DNA of 64,000 nt from a virus. Where the stretch lies: positions 1-64,000 of the IMG/VR virus record IMGVR_UViG_3300027839_000001; one strand, 5' to 3'. Positions 9,604-19,570 of this stretch are shown one piece after another. Below the pieces are notes generated by a model that saw only the letters and a list, made by a program, of their open reading frames with translations, ran no database searches and was not told where the DNA came from. The first letter of the stretch is position 1; each line of letters begins with the position of its first letter. The translations under genes were made by a program, and so were the position numbers.

Positions 9604-9918
9604 ATGATAACACTGGCAATAATGATAACCGATGGAGTCAACGAGAGAGACTTCATGTTAAGGGTTCGTGGTATCCGTAGGCCGCAACCGCTTCAGATAG
9701 GAACTTCAGTCGACGGCGGCGTGACTGGCTACACTGACAGCAGAAGAGTTATCTCCGCAACCTTCTGGCTAAAGAAATTCCTGTGGTTCAGGATTCCCCA
9801 AATGATCTACGTACTAGAGCCTATCACTGTGCCACTTGGAGCGATAGAGCTTACAGGCGTAATGCTTGAGGAGAACAGGTGGGAACAGAACGGACGAACT
9901 AGAAACGCGAAGGAGTAG
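9604..9918 (+). CDS. hypothetical protein
   Basis: 104-aa ORF filling the operon gap. Confidence 0.55.
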   Translation: MITLAIMITDGVNERDFMLRVRGIRRPQPLQIGTSVDGGVTGYTDSRRVISATFWLKKFLWFRIPQMIYVLEPITVPLGAIELTGVMLEENRWEQNGRTRNAKE

Positions 9919-9924
9919 TTTACA

Positions 9925-11097
9925 GTGGAAATAAACGGAATCAACGAACAGATAGTAAAGCAGTGCAGTCAGCTTTACTTCAGGCAGTCAATGCTCAACG
10001 ACTTCCTGCTCTGTCCACAGATGGCAATGTACAGATGGGTCCTCGACATGGAAGAGTCGGAACCTTTCTACGCAGCCATCCTCGGTACGGCAGGACATGA
10101 AGTCGTGTACGAGATGCACGTTCGCAAGAAGCTAGACAGTACGTTCGGAGAACTGCTACAGGACTTCACTCGCTGTTACAACACAGAGATGGAGAAGCAG
10201 TCAACCAATCCTCCTATCCGTGCTGGCTGCGATTCCATAGAAGAGATGTTTGAAGAGAGCGCGTCTGAGTACATCCAGATGCTCCAAGGCTACCAAGAAC
10301 ACGAACGCAATCATGACTTCAGATCCACCATGCACGAACAGTCATTCGTACTGGAGATCCAAGACCCGATGTTCCCAGACAAGAAGCCTTACCTCTTCGT
10401 TGGTCAGATAGATCAAGGAGGAGTGTACGGTGATGGACTACGCAGCATTCGAGACATGAAGTTCAGGGCACAAGAGTTCAAGCCCTCTCGCGTTGAGTTC
10501 ATGCTGAACATGCAGATGACAATCTACTCAGCAGCAGTCAAGTGGGGCAACCCAGTCTGTCCAGAGTGCAAGCCTTGCTACGTTGACGATCCATTCGGTA
10601 TCAACAAAGAACTGGTATACAACGGGCCATGCGAAGACTGCCTAGCAATGGTAGGCACACCACGCTGGCCCCGAGAACTACCTGACGTAGTGGAGTTGGT
10701 TTGGATGAGAGACTTCATCCGTCGCCCCAAGGATCAGTACGCCAAGATGATCAAGGACAAGTCTTTACCCAAGGTCAAGTCAACCAAATCCAACAAGATG
10801 ATCATAGCCGAGAGGATATCAGACAAGTGGCTAGAAGGAGGAAAGAAAGGAGACTACATGGGGAAGTGCTTCATACCAGCGAAGCGAACCCCCGAGCAAG
10901 TACAGATCTACATGTCAGACGTAATACGGATCTGCCGTCAGATCCATCGAGGAGACTTCTGGCGTAACCCCGGTAGTCACTGCGAGTTCTGGTGTAAGCA
11001 CACAGATCAATGCACTGACGGACTGGAACTACAAGTAGAAGAAGCCCAGCTACACAACATCAAGTCGTATTCAAGCGAAGACCCGTTTGGAATGTAA
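9925..11097 (+). CDS. PD-(D/E)XK (Cas4/RecB-like) exonuclease
   Basis: N-terminal CP, GTAGH, GQID...RDMK, QMTIY, C-terminal C-x3-C-x5-C; extra CPEC...CEDC insert; GTG start lies inside the palindrome after AGGAG. Confidence 0.85.
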   Translation: MEINGINEQIVKQCSQLYFRQSMLNDFLLCPQMAMYRWVLDMEESEPFYAAILGTAGHEVVYEMHVRKKLDSTFGELLQDFTRCYNTEMEKQSTNPPIRAGCDSIEEMFEESASEYIQMLQGYQEHERNHDFRSTMHEQSFVLEIQDPMFPDKKPYLFVGQIDQGGVYGDGLRSIRDMKFRAQEFKPSRVEFMLNMQMTIYSAAVKWGNPVCPECKPCYVDDPFGINKELVYNGPCEDCLAMVGTPRWPRELPDVVELVWMRDFIRRPKDQYAKMIKDKSLPKVKSTKSNKMIIAERISDKWLEGGKKGDYMGKCFIPAKRTPEQVQIYMSDVIRICRQIHRGDFWRNPGSHCEFWCKHTDQCTDGLELQVEEAQLHNIKSYSSEDPFGM

Positions 11098-11194
11098 CAG
11101 GAGATTTACAGTGGAAACTTTAACTGGGCAGCAGGCGTAATAAACTACCAAATGTTTCCTTTGATGAACACAACAGAGAAAGAAGAGGACAGTA

Positions 11195-11368
11195 ATGGGC
11201 CTACTAACGCTATTAAACAAGGAGATCGGGAAGAACAAGGACCTTCAGGAGGCGATATTAAGACTGGAGAAGCAAAATAGAATGCTCAGGGAGGAGCAGG
11301 ACAGGTGCGTATGTCAGCACAAAGTGTACGAAACCGCCCACTATACACGAACGCATGACCACAGTTAA
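11195..11368 (+). CDS. small coiled-coil protein (57 aa, below the ORF-track cutoff)
   Basis: Hand translation MGLLTLLNKEIGKNKDLQEAILRLEKQNRMLREEQDRC...; GAGGA RBS. Confidence 0.5.
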   Translation: MGLLTLLNKEIGKNKDLQEAILRLEKQNRMLREEQDRCVCQHKVYETAHYTRTHDHS

Positions 11369-11386
11369 CCCTATAACCCAAGGACC

Positions 11387-11788
11387 ATGACCATGATTGT
11401 AGTAATAGTCAACCCAATAGTTCTCGTTCCAAACGATCAAGGCAGCGAATTCGGGTATGCATGCTGCGAGGCAGCCCTTAATGCAGTCGACTTCTCTACA
11501 TACATAGAGGGCAGAAACGTAAGCAGGTACGACCTTAAAAAAAGGAATCCAGAGCATGCCGCAATAGATGAACTCACGTTCCCGTCGCTAACCGAACTGC
11601 CGGAGGGACACATCGTAGATCCAAAGCTAGAGGGAATGTTCGACGAAGGTGACTACACCAACACGTGCCACATCGGAATGAAGGATGGAAGATCGGTCCA
11701 CATCCTTGGCAACTACGATACATGGTGCAAGAGCGTATTGGGCCAGCTACAGTCGATGTCAACCCGCTCTCAGATCGTCAAGGGCTAG
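11387..11788 (+). CDS. hypothetical protein
   Basis: 133-aa ORF with AAGGA RBS. Confidence 0.7.
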   Translation: MTMIVVIVNPIVLVPNDQGSEFGYACCEAALNAVDFSTYIEGRNVSRYDLKKRNPEHAAIDELTFPSLTELPEGHIVDPKLEGMFDEGDYTNTCHIGMKDGRSVHILGNYDTWCKSVLGQLQSMSTRSQIVKG

Positions 11789-11819
11789 AGTGGGTCCATA
11801 ATCACGCGGAGAATTTCCA

Positions 11820-12635
11820 ATGGAAAAGCAAAAACCTAGTATCATTCAAGATCAGTCGCGTGCTGACACAGCAGGAGTAGAGTCAGTCAAGGTGGTAGTT
11901 CCAGGGAAGGAGCAGGCCACCACCTTGACGCCCAAGACCAGGGTAAGGCCAGAGATGGTCAAACGCAAGCCCGGCATGTCAAATAAGAAGACGGCAGCGG
12001 GCGTCACAGCAAGAGAGCCAATCAGTGTCATCTACAAAGAAGAGGATATAGGCAAGGAGTTAATAAAGAAGATCATATCTTGGTACGCAGTGGGAGACGC
12101 ACCGCTACACAAGATTTTAAGAATGGCTAACGAGCAGCGTAACGCTCAATGTCGCGGCGACCTGTACTACCTAGACGTGTACTCCATACTGTTTAATCAG
12201 TACAGAACAAAGGTAATAGTCCAGAGGACCAATAGACATCAGGGTGAAATGCTACTCACTGAGTTCGCTACGTTCTTCAAGAAGTTCAGAGAGGGACACA
12301 AGTTCAACGATTGCCTCAGGGCAATAGGAACAACATACTCACTCAATTTCTGCAAGAAGATCTACCAGCAGCTACTGAAGAGATGGAAGCAGGGTAAGTC
12401 GAGGAGCGATCAAGAGTCGGAAGAGTCGGAGAACGCAAGGCAGGAACTACTCGACCTGTCAGTCATTAGGCATGTTCAGGGAAAGGCGGCGATAGTAATC
12501 TTCATCCGAGACATACCCGAGGACCTAAAGGATTCCATCGCCAGAAACATCCCAGGCATATCTTTAGATACAGTCTCCGATAAGGTCGATGAATCAGGCC
12601 GTGTCGATAAAGAAAGCGAGGGTAAAGATGACTGA
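11820..12635 (+). CDS. hypothetical basic protein
   Basis: 271-aa ORF; ATG lies inside palindrome variant TTTCCAATGGAAA, after GGAG. Confidence 0.75.
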   Translation: MEKQKPSIIQDQSRADTAGVESVKVVVPGKEQATTLTPKTRVRPEMVKRKPGMSNKKTAAGVTAREPISVIYKEEDIGKELIKKIISWYAVGDAPLHKILRMANEQRNAQCRGDLYYLDVYSILFNQYRTKVIVQRTNRHQGEMLLTEFATFFKKFREGHKFNDCLRAIGTTYSLNFCKKIYQQLLKRWKQGKSRSDQESEESENARQELLDLSVIRHVQGKAAIVIFIRDIPEDLKDSIARNIPGISLDTVSDKVDESGRVDKESEGKDD

Positions 12636-13707
12636 CGTGAAGGAATGCGAGATGTCGAATTTCAGAGTATGGGCTATTCCCTCTTATGAGGAAGTTGATG
12701 CCCCTGAGATCGCAAACGGGATCAAGTGGACTCAGTCCAGGGGCCTGCCAGGACTACCGTGTAAGAGATCCGTAGTGTTCATCAACTACAGAAGGGACAG
12801 GGACTGGGCACTTGCCCTTGAAGTTTACACTGGAAACAAGACCGTCAAGGAAGCGGCAGTTCTAGAGCCTTTCTTTAATGAAGCTATCCATGTATTGGAC
12901 TTCACTCCTTCTCGGCCTCTTCAGCCTGAAGATCTAATGAAGTCAGTTCAAGACGCAGCGATACTGTCAATCTCTGCTTACAACGAGTCCGTCATGGCAG
13001 TCTCATCGACCCTGACCGAAGCTGACATAGAGGCATTATGTACAGACACAGCATTACTATGGGTGACCAGCTTTATAACAGCACCAGAACTGGCAGAGAA
13101 CTTTATTGGCTTCATAAGGGACGTTGACTTTTTCGTTGACGACATGTCCTCATATGGAGCGACGGTAAAGCTAGTAACCAGTGGAGAGATGGTCAACTCA
13201 GCCATTAAGATGACGGGTGCCTTAGATCCTAACATTCACACAGGACTCTTTGGTAACGCAGATCTCATGCCGTTCCACTCAGCTATATGGAAGAAATGCA
13301 TAGCCGAGAGAAGAAATATAATGCTGGCGTTTCCCACGAACCCATCAAAGATTTCTCCTGATGTCCACCCCGTTACTGGGGAAGGCGTACTCCCGCCTGC
13401 TGGCTACATGGTATTCGACACGCGGAAGTCTACCAGTTTAGTTGCGAGTTTCGCGGTTGAACCTGACTGGAGAGGTGCCGGTCTAGGTACATGCATGATC
13501 AGAAACTTCTTCAAGCTGTTCACTGGCAGCTTGACGTTCATACTGGATATAGACAGCGACACTAACCTCAACCTAGCTGGCTTCCTAAAGTCGGTAGCAA
13601 AGAAATTAGATAGGAAAATGAACGTAAGGGTAGTAGAACCAAAATTATTAACTGCACTGCCGGGGGAAAAGACGAGTGACCACCACATGTGGATTGAGCT
13701 TAAGTGA
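12628..13707 (+). CDS. protein with C-terminal GNAT (RimI-like) acetyltransferase domain
   Basis: GYMVF...SFAVEPDWRGAGLGTCMI acetyl-CoA-binding motif A (RxxGxG), followed by an N-containing motif B (DTNL). Confidence 0.75.
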   Translation: MTDVKECEMSNFRVWAIPSYEEVDAPEIANGIKWTQSRGLPGLPCKRSVVFINYRRDRDWALALEVYTGNKTVKEAAVLEPFFNEAIHVLDFTPSRPLQPEDLMKSVQDAAILSISAYNESVMAVSSTLTEADIEALCTDTALLWVTSFITAPELAENFIGFIRDVDFFVDDMSSYGATVKLVTSGEMVNSAIKMTGALDPNIHTGLFGNADLMPFHSAIWKKCIAERRNIMLAFPTNPSKISPDVHPVTGEGVLPPAGYMVFDTRKSTSLVASFAVEPDWRGAGLGTCMIRNFFKLFTGSLTFILDIDSDTNLNLAGFLKSVAKKLDRKMNVRVVEPKLLTALPGEKTSDHHMWIELK

Positions 13708-13762
13708 TAATAAGGTCCCCAGGCTTAACATTTCCAGTGTAAACTTTTTTCTCTAGCCCCTA

Positions 13763-13791
13763 TTGACAAGAAGATTATTTTCTGGTATAAT
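13763..13791 (+). promoter_or_regulatory. consensus sigma70 promoter for the SSB-like/parB operon
   Basis: TTGACA-17 bp-TATAAT with extended -10 TG; palindrome at 13731-13743 ends 19 bp upstream of the -35. Confidence 0.9.
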
Positions 13792-13897
13792 GATCATGTA
13801 CAGTCGATAGAAAATCAGTCGCAACATAACTTGAGAAGTTTAAACGATCCCCACATTCTAACCCGTCGCCCCCAAGTCGCACAAAAAAGGAGACTCT

Positions 13898-14887
13898 ATG
13901 TCACCGGACCCCACTGGCGAAATTATCACACAAGATGAAGTCGCACCAGACACAGAAATCAGCATTCGAGAGCCTACTCAAGACGAACTTGAGCTTCTGC
14001 AAGGTGCATTCGACGACAACGTCGATCAGCAGGCAGAGATTGCCATCAGTCGCGTTGCTATCCTACAGCCAGCATCGCCGGAAGTAGCACAAGGCAAGCC
14101 AGGGTACAAGGCAGGCCAGTTGGTTGACAGTATCAACCGTTCCATCCTGACACAGCGAGCCAAGCCGCTATGGTTGATCGACCAGGGCGTTAACCCTGAC
14201 GAGTTAACGCTAGTGGACAACATGATGTTCGTTCCTATCGCAAAGCTTCCATTCGAGTATGTCAAGTGGAAGACACTTGAAGAACGAACGGAAGAAGAAC
14301 CAATCCCTTTCCACTGGAAATCTCTCGACAAGACAGAAGAGAAAGTACGGGAAGGAATCTGGAAGAAGCACGGCGGGACATACGGAACGCTCCCAGATCA
14401 AGATGGACGACCGCCAGTCACCGTCAACACGAACTACTTGGTCCTTCCAATCGACCAAGAGACAATGACAGCAATGTCAAACTTCGTAGTACTGACTTTC
14501 AGTAGAACGTCGAGCAAAGCAGGTGAGAAGCTTGCCACATTCATGGCTGGTCACCGCTTTGAAAGCCTAGCACCTTACGGTCGAACATACTTCGTTTCGA
14601 CAAATCAGAAAGTAAGGGTTGACGCGGGCCAGGAGCAGACGTATTATGTAATGGACATCAACAAGGGCGGCAAGACATCTATTGCATGCCCAGCGATGAT
14701 TCCAATGGTTCATCAGATTGCACTTCAACTAGCTAGCAAGGAGACAGGAAAGGACGCACAGCTTGCGATGATCAACGCAACAGACCTAAGCGACGACACC
14801 AGTAACAAGTCAGGCGAATCGAACGAAGCCCCAACAGACAACGCTGATCCGTTCGCCGCACCAGAAGAGAACGACGACGACTTCTAA
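13898..14887 (+). CDS. putative single-stranded DNA-binding/recombination protein
   Basis: Acidic tail ending DPFAAPEENDDDF; ILQPASPEV...GxKAG N-terminal pattern; position in the replication module. Confidence 0.55.
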   Translation: MSPDPTGEIITQDEVAPDTEISIREPTQDELELLQGAFDDNVDQQAEIAISRVAILQPASPEVAQGKPGYKAGQLVDSINRSILTQRAKPLWLIDQGVNPDELTLVDNMMFVPIAKLPFEYVKWKTLEERTEEEPIPFHWKSLDKTEEKVREGIWKKHGGTYGTLPDQDGRPPVTVNTNYLVLPIDQETMTAMSNFVVLTFSRTSSKAGEKLATFMAGHRFESLAPYGRTYFVSTNQKVRVDAGQEQTYYVMDINKGGKTSIACPAMIPMVHQIALQLASKETGKDAQLAMINATDLSDDTSNKSGESNEAPTDNADPFAAPEENDDDF

Positions 14888-14958
14888 AGATTTCCACTGT
14901 AAACACTGTAAACACTAGACCTAACAATTTCTAACTTTCAAACCCAGGAGACATTAAC

Positions 14959-16335
14959 ATGTCACAAACAGTAGCAGGTGCAAACCAAGCAGTAACATCC
15001 GACGCAACTAACACGGGCGATGCACATGTGATCGTGCTTAACCTCGAAGACATTTATGTTGAGCCAAAGAACAACGCTCGCAAGACCTACAGCGACGAAC
15101 ACATCGAAGGACTCGCAGCGTCAATCGAATCGATGGGTGGCTTGCTCCAAGCTGTCGGAATCGTCGCAGTCAATCCAGGCCCGAAGAACGACGGTAAGTC
15201 ATGGGAACTGGTATACGGATTCTGTCGCGTCATGGCCCTTCGCCTCCTCGGTGGTGACTGGGAGAACAACGTCAAGTGCGGTATCATGCTACCCAAAGAC
15301 TCCGGTGAGTTGAAGGCAGCACAGATGATCGAGAACCTCCACCGTTCTAATCTCAATCCCATTGAGACGGCGGCTGGTATTGCTGAGATCATGAAGGCAG
15401 AAGGCTTGAACCAAAAGCAAGTCGGTGCATTGGTTGGCGTAAAGGAAGTTACTCTTTCCCGCCTCCTTAGCTTGCTACGATTGCCGCCCGAGTGCCAGAA
15501 GATGGTCGCAGACGAAGTCATCTCTCTCAGTCACGCACGAGAGATCGTTCGCTTCGCTCCGAAGGACGACATGGACAAGTATCGTGAGCTTTGCGAGACT
15601 GCAAAGGACATGACCTACGGCGAGTTCGAGTCTCACCTTCAGAATCTTTACGGTGGAAATGCATCGGCTGAAGAATCGGCTGAAGGCGATGTTACTGCCA
15701 AGAAAAGTACTGACGCCGCACCAAAGCGACCTCAGTTGCGAACGGCAAAGGATCTTCAGGAAAACTTCCTGACCTTCCTCAGCAACAAAGCGAAGAGTGC
15801 AGACGGTGAAGAGAAGAAGTACACCGCCAAGCAACTTCGTGAAGCCCAGGTTGACGTACTAAATTGCGTGATGCGTGTGCCTGAGACGAAGCTCGAAGCT
15901 GCAATCGCTCCGTTCCTCGCAGCCAAGGCTGAGAAGGATGCGGCAGATAAGGCCAAGAAGGACTCAGGAAAGAACAAAGAGAAGTTCTTTAGTGATTCCG
16001 TTAAGACAGTTAACGCCAACTTGAAAAGCCCTCTCGGCCCCGATGGCAACCGACCGTTCCCCGATTACACTTCTGCCGCTAAGCCTGTTGTTGACGCAAT
16101 GGCGATTGCGTCAGAAGAGAATCTGAAGGATATCGGATTCGAGTTCGATGGCGAGACGTTTGAAGTCGATCTTCGCAAAGCGTGGGAAACCGACTACAAA
16201 GAGAAGCGTGCGACCGCTGAGAAGAAAGCCAAGGACAAGGCTAGCAAGCTAGCCAAAGAGAAAGCTGATAAAGAAGCTGCTGAATTGGGCGAAGCTGCAA
16301 GCGATGCCGATGCAGAAGCTGACGCTGTTTCTTAA
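14959..16335 (+). CDS. parB: ParB/Spo0J/KorB-family DNA-binding protein with a long K/A/E-rich C-terminus
   Basis: NNARK...LAASI...GLLQAV (box I), LVYGFCR (box II), IENLHRSNLNPIE, HTH GLNQKQVGALVGVKEVTLSRLLSLLRLP, ISLSHARE. Confidence 0.92.
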   Translation: MSQTVAGANQAVTSDATNTGDAHVIVLNLEDIYVEPKNNARKTYSDEHIEGLAASIESMGGLLQAVGIVAVNPGPKNDGKSWELVYGFCRVMALRLLGGDWENNVKCGIMLPKDSGELKAAQMIENLHRSNLNPIETAAGIAEIMKAEGLNQKQVGALVGVKEVTLSRLLSLLRLPPECQKMVADEVISLSHAREIVRFAPKDDMDKYRELCETAKDMTYGEFESHLQNLYGGNASAEESAEGDVTAKKSTDAAPKRPQLRTAKDLQENFLTFLSNKAKSADGEEKKYTAKQLREAQVDVLNCVMRVPETKLEAAIAPFLAAKAEKDAADKAKKDSGKNKEKFFSDSVKTVNANLKSPLGPDGNRPFPDYTSAAKPVVDAMAIASEENLKDIGFEFDGETFEVDLRKAWETDYKEKRATAEKKAKDKASKLAKEKADKEAAELGEAASDADAEADAVS

Positions 16336-16359
16336 AGTGGGGACTTGGAGATTCAGCTA

Positions 16360-16403
16360 GTGGCGGTGGGTGGCCTATTCACACCCGCCGCCACGCTTTT
16401 ATT
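16360..16403 (+). terminator. Rho-independent terminator after parB
   Basis: GTGGCGGTGGGTG / CACCCGCCGCCAC stem followed by GCTTTTATT. Confidence 0.8.
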
Positions 16404-16497
16404 CTGCACCAAGCTTCTGCTACCCTTTACACTGTAAACATCCCCACCTTCTGCTTAGCTACTACAGTCAGGAATACGCCAGAAAGGACTCTGATAC

Positions 16498-17379
16498 ATG
16501 TCGCGCAAAGACTTGCGTGTGCTGACCCCATCAGGATCTACCCTAAGGACGCTAGCCTCAGATACCCCACGCCAAAAGGAAGTCAAAGAACCCATAAACG
16601 CAGTGAAGCCAGAGCTTACTGAGGCTCAACTATGGGCAGAGTACACGACAACAAAATCAGACGAAGCACGCGGAGAACTATTTCGCAGATTTCATAGCGT
16701 AGCCCTGAAGTTTGCGAGATCATACTACTCACGCAAGATGCCAGCCCATTCATCAGCCAACTGCGATGACTTGGAGCAGGCTGCGAGTGTAGGGTTACTA
16801 GAAGCAATTGGTTCGTACTCGCCCGACAAGGGAACTAACTTCCAGCAGTATGCGTACAAGAGGATCAGCGGGTCTATCATAGACTGCCTTCGAGCGCATC
16901 AGCATTATCCCCGGTCGATTTCAAAGAACCGCCGTGAGTTAAAGCCTCTCATTGCCCGTGTTGCCACAAGATTACAAAAGCCCCCGACTACAGACGAGAT
17001 ATGCGAACACGTTGGAGAATGGGTGAGGCCGATACTAGAAGACCCACTCTACAAGACAGGCGTATTCACTCAGGTCAAGTCAACGGACGAGAACGGAAAT
17101 CTAATAGACGTAGTCACTACGATCCAGTGCAGTGGCACGACGCGAAAGGACCCACTCAGCAGGATAGAGCTAGAGCGAGCCATCCTCGGAGTAATCAAAG
17201 ACAGATGCATACGTAAGACCATCTGGCTGTACTACTGGTGGAACATACCATTCAAGAGGATAGCTAGGTTCGAGAAGTGCAGCATGTCAACGATAGCCAA
17301 TAGGCATGCTACAGGAATCGCAATACTAAAAGAGCATTTCACATACGCAGAGTTCAGAGACATCGTAAGCGACAAGTAA
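16498..17379 (+). CDS. sigma70-family (FliA/WhiG-like) RNA polymerase sigma factor
   Basis: DDLEQAASVGLLEAIGSYSPDKGTNFQQYAYKRISGSIIDCLR...PRS (region 2), PTTDEI (region 3), YYWWNIPFKRIA...STIANRH (region 4). Confidence 0.9.
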   Translation: MSRKDLRVLTPSGSTLRTLASDTPRQKEVKEPINAVKPELTEAQLWAEYTTTKSDEARGELFRRFHSVALKFARSYYSRKMPAHSSANCDDLEQAASVGLLEAIGSYSPDKGTNFQQYAYKRISGSIIDCLRAHQHYPRSISKNRRELKPLIARVATRLQKPPTTDEICEHVGEWVRPILEDPLYKTGVFTQVKSTDENGNLIDVVTTIQCSGTTRKDPLSRIELERAILGVIKDRCIRKTIWLYYWWNIPFKRIARFEKCSMSTIANRHATGIAILKEHFTYAEFRDIVSDK

Positions 17380-17404
17380 TTTCCACTGTAAAGAAGGACG
17401 CATT

Positions 17405-17881
17405 ATGGGAATCAACGATGCAAAAGGCGTGGACACTGGCAGCAAGTTCCTGCCCGGTACAGGCCACGGTGTCATGTATTCACACACCGTGACTTACATC
17501 GAGTCCTGCTTCTACTTATGTACGCCTTACAGCCATTGCAGGATGGACGTAATGGTGGCTCGCTACGAAGTAGCACATGAGATCCTGGCTTACCTCCACG
17601 ACATTGGTGAGATGTGCTTCTCTCCTATCGTCCACTCTCACAAGATCTCAATGAACCATGGAGGTCAGAAAGCGTCGTACAATCACTGGCGTAAGTTCGA
17701 CGAACACATGATGCTGTCTTGCGGTGAGCTACTGTTCGCCAGCGTCCCAGGCTACGAAGAGTCTTACGGCATGAGCGAGGAGCTTTCCTTCGCAGAGAAG
17801 CATGGACTCAAGGTACACAGAGTAGACCCAACAGTAGACTTCAAGATCAAGTATAGCAATGCTTTACTGGGGTACAAGTAA
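17405..17881 (+). CDS. DUF1937-like / nucleoside deoxyribosyltransferase-fold protein
   Basis: YLCTPYSH, FSPIVHSH, WxxFD, ESYGxxxE motifs. Confidence 0.7.
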   Translation: MGINDAKGVDTGSKFLPGTGHGVMYSHTVTYIESCFYLCTPYSHCRMDVMVARYEVAHEILAYLHDIGEMCFSPIVHSHKISMNHGGQKASYNHWRKFDEHMMLSCGELLFASVPGYEESYGMSEELSFAEKHGLKVHRVDPTVDFKIKYSNALLGYK

Positions 17882-18375
17882 TGAAGCTCATGATATGCGG
17901 CCACGGTCGCCACGGTAAGGACACCGTAGCACTATTCTTCAAAGAGAATCTCGGAATGACGTTCGAGTCATCCAGCATGTTTTGCTGCAAGCTGTTCATC
18001 TTCGACAGGATACACAAGACATTCGGGTATGAAAATTTGATAGATTGCTTCAATGACAGAAGCAACCACAGGGCCTTATGGTATGAACTGATATGCGAAT
18101 ACAACGAAGACGACAAGGCACGCCTGTCAAAGAAGATCTTCGCTGAGTATGACATGTATGTTGGAATCAGGAACGCAGAAGAACTTGCTGAAGCCAGGAA
18201 GCAGAAGGTGTTCGACCTATCAATATGGGTAGACGCTGACAGAAGGAAGCCCGTAGAACCGACTAGCTCCAATACAGTGACCGAAGACATGTGCGACATA
18301 ACGATAAACAACAACGGAACAGAGGAAGATTTACAGTTGAAAGTGGCATTCCTAACTGACTTACTCGTATTCTAG
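17881..18375 (+). CDS. deoxynucleoside monophosphate kinase-like P-loop protein
   Basis: ICGHGRHGKDTVA, GIRNxxE, DITINNNGT. Confidence 0.8.
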   Translation: MKLMICGHGRHGKDTVALFFKENLGMTFESSSMFCCKLFIFDRIHKTFGYENLIDCFNDRSNHRALWYELICEYNEDDKARLSKKIFAEYDMYVGIRNAEELAEARKQKVFDLSIWVDADRRKPVEPTSSNTVTEDMCDITINNNGTEEDLQLKVAFLTDLLVF

Positions 18376-18386
18376 GAGAGGGTGAC

Positions 18387-18632
18387 ATGGCTCAAGTAAG
18401 ATCGTTTGAGAGCAAGCACTTCATCGAGAGATTGTTTTGCGACTGCGGAACCGAGATGCAGTACGAGTTCTGTGCAGCCACAGAGGTTGTAAATCCAGGC
18501 AAAGATGCAGTGCTTACCTACAAGCATGTATGCAGGGGATGCGGCCACATCGAGAACACTGAAGGTAGGTTCTACCCATTTGGTGTCAACACTGAAGTAC
18601 AGGACTCATTATATAACGATGACGGTGAGTAG
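18387..18632 (+). CDS. small Zn-ribbon protein
   Basis: CDCG...CRGCG. Confidence 0.65.
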   Translation: MAQVRSFESKHFIERLFCDCGTEMQYEFCAATEVVNPGKDAVLTYKHVCRGCGHIENTEGRFYPFGVNTEVQDSLYNDDGE

Positions 18633-18658
18633 GTTCTCAATTTACACTGGAAAGAATC

Positions 18659-19570
18659 ATGGCTAAGACAGACCCACAAGAGAGGACGTTCGATGTATCA
18701 GTGGATCAGGTGTACTTCCATGAACCAAAGACCAACTATGCAATAGTGTCCTGCTCAATCACCCATCATGCTAACCCAGATCACATAGGGAACAAGCTGG
18801 TATGCAAAGGAAACCTTCACCCAGTTCACGTTGGTGCCATCTACCACGTAAAGGGAATCCCAGTCTTCGACAAGAAGTTCAACAAGTGGGGAGTTAAGGT
18901 CAGCGATTGGAAGGAAACCACTTCACTCACAGAGAAAGGACTGATCAACTACTTGATACGTGAAGGACCAAACGTAGGAGACAAGAGGGCAGCAGAGATA
19001 GCAGAGACTATAGGATCGAACGCCATAGACAAGATAGCAGATGACTACAAGTGCCTTCTTTCAATCAAAGGGGTCACTGAGGACAGAGCCAAGGAGCTAT
19101 CCGAATGGGCCAAGGGAGAGAAGAGGAACATGACAACCAAGACAATGCTGTACGGACTAGGCTTAGGTCCAGCATTAGTCGCAAAGATACTTGGATTCTT
19201 CGGCCAGGCAGCGCATGCTAGGCTGGACAAGGAATGCTTCAGGCTAACGTCAGTCGATGGCATAGGATTCAAGACAGCGGCAATGATAGCAGATGCACTG
19301 GGCATACCCTCGATCAGGCCAGATAGAGTTCAAGCTGGAGTATTCTATATGCTCCAAGAGATGATGAAGGAAGGTGGGCATACCAGGGTTCCACAGGATA
19401 AGCTAGTCACTGAGGCATGTAAGTTACTCGGAGTAACTAGACAGAAGGTGGTCGAGCAGATGAAAGTCATGCTGACCAACGGAATGGTTTGTACTAACAG
19501 AAGCGATCCGGCTAAGTTCTCTTCGACGCCGGAGATATTTGATAAGGAAGTTTCCAGTGGAAAAGTATGA
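18659..19570 (+). CDS. RecD2-like helicase, N-terminal half (OB fold + helix-hairpin-helix)
   Basis: GLINYL...GPNVGDKRA, LLSIKGV, VDGIGFKTAAMIA, RVQAG...EGGHT; no Walker motifs. Confidence 0.88.
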   Translation: MAKTDPQERTFDVSVDQVYFHEPKTNYAIVSCSITHHANPDHIGNKLVCKGNLHPVHVGAIYHVKGIPVFDKKFNKWGVKVSDWKETTSLTEKGLINYLIREGPNVGDKRAAEIAETIGSNAIDKIADDYKCLLSIKGVTEDRAKELSEWAKGEKRNMTTKTMLYGLGLGPALVAKILGFFGQAAHARLDKECFRLTSVDGIGFKTAAMIADALGIPSIRPDRVQAGVFYMLQEMMKEGGHTRVPQDKLVTEACKLLGVTRQKVVEQMKVMLTNGMVCTNRSDPAKFSSTPEIFDKEVSSGKV

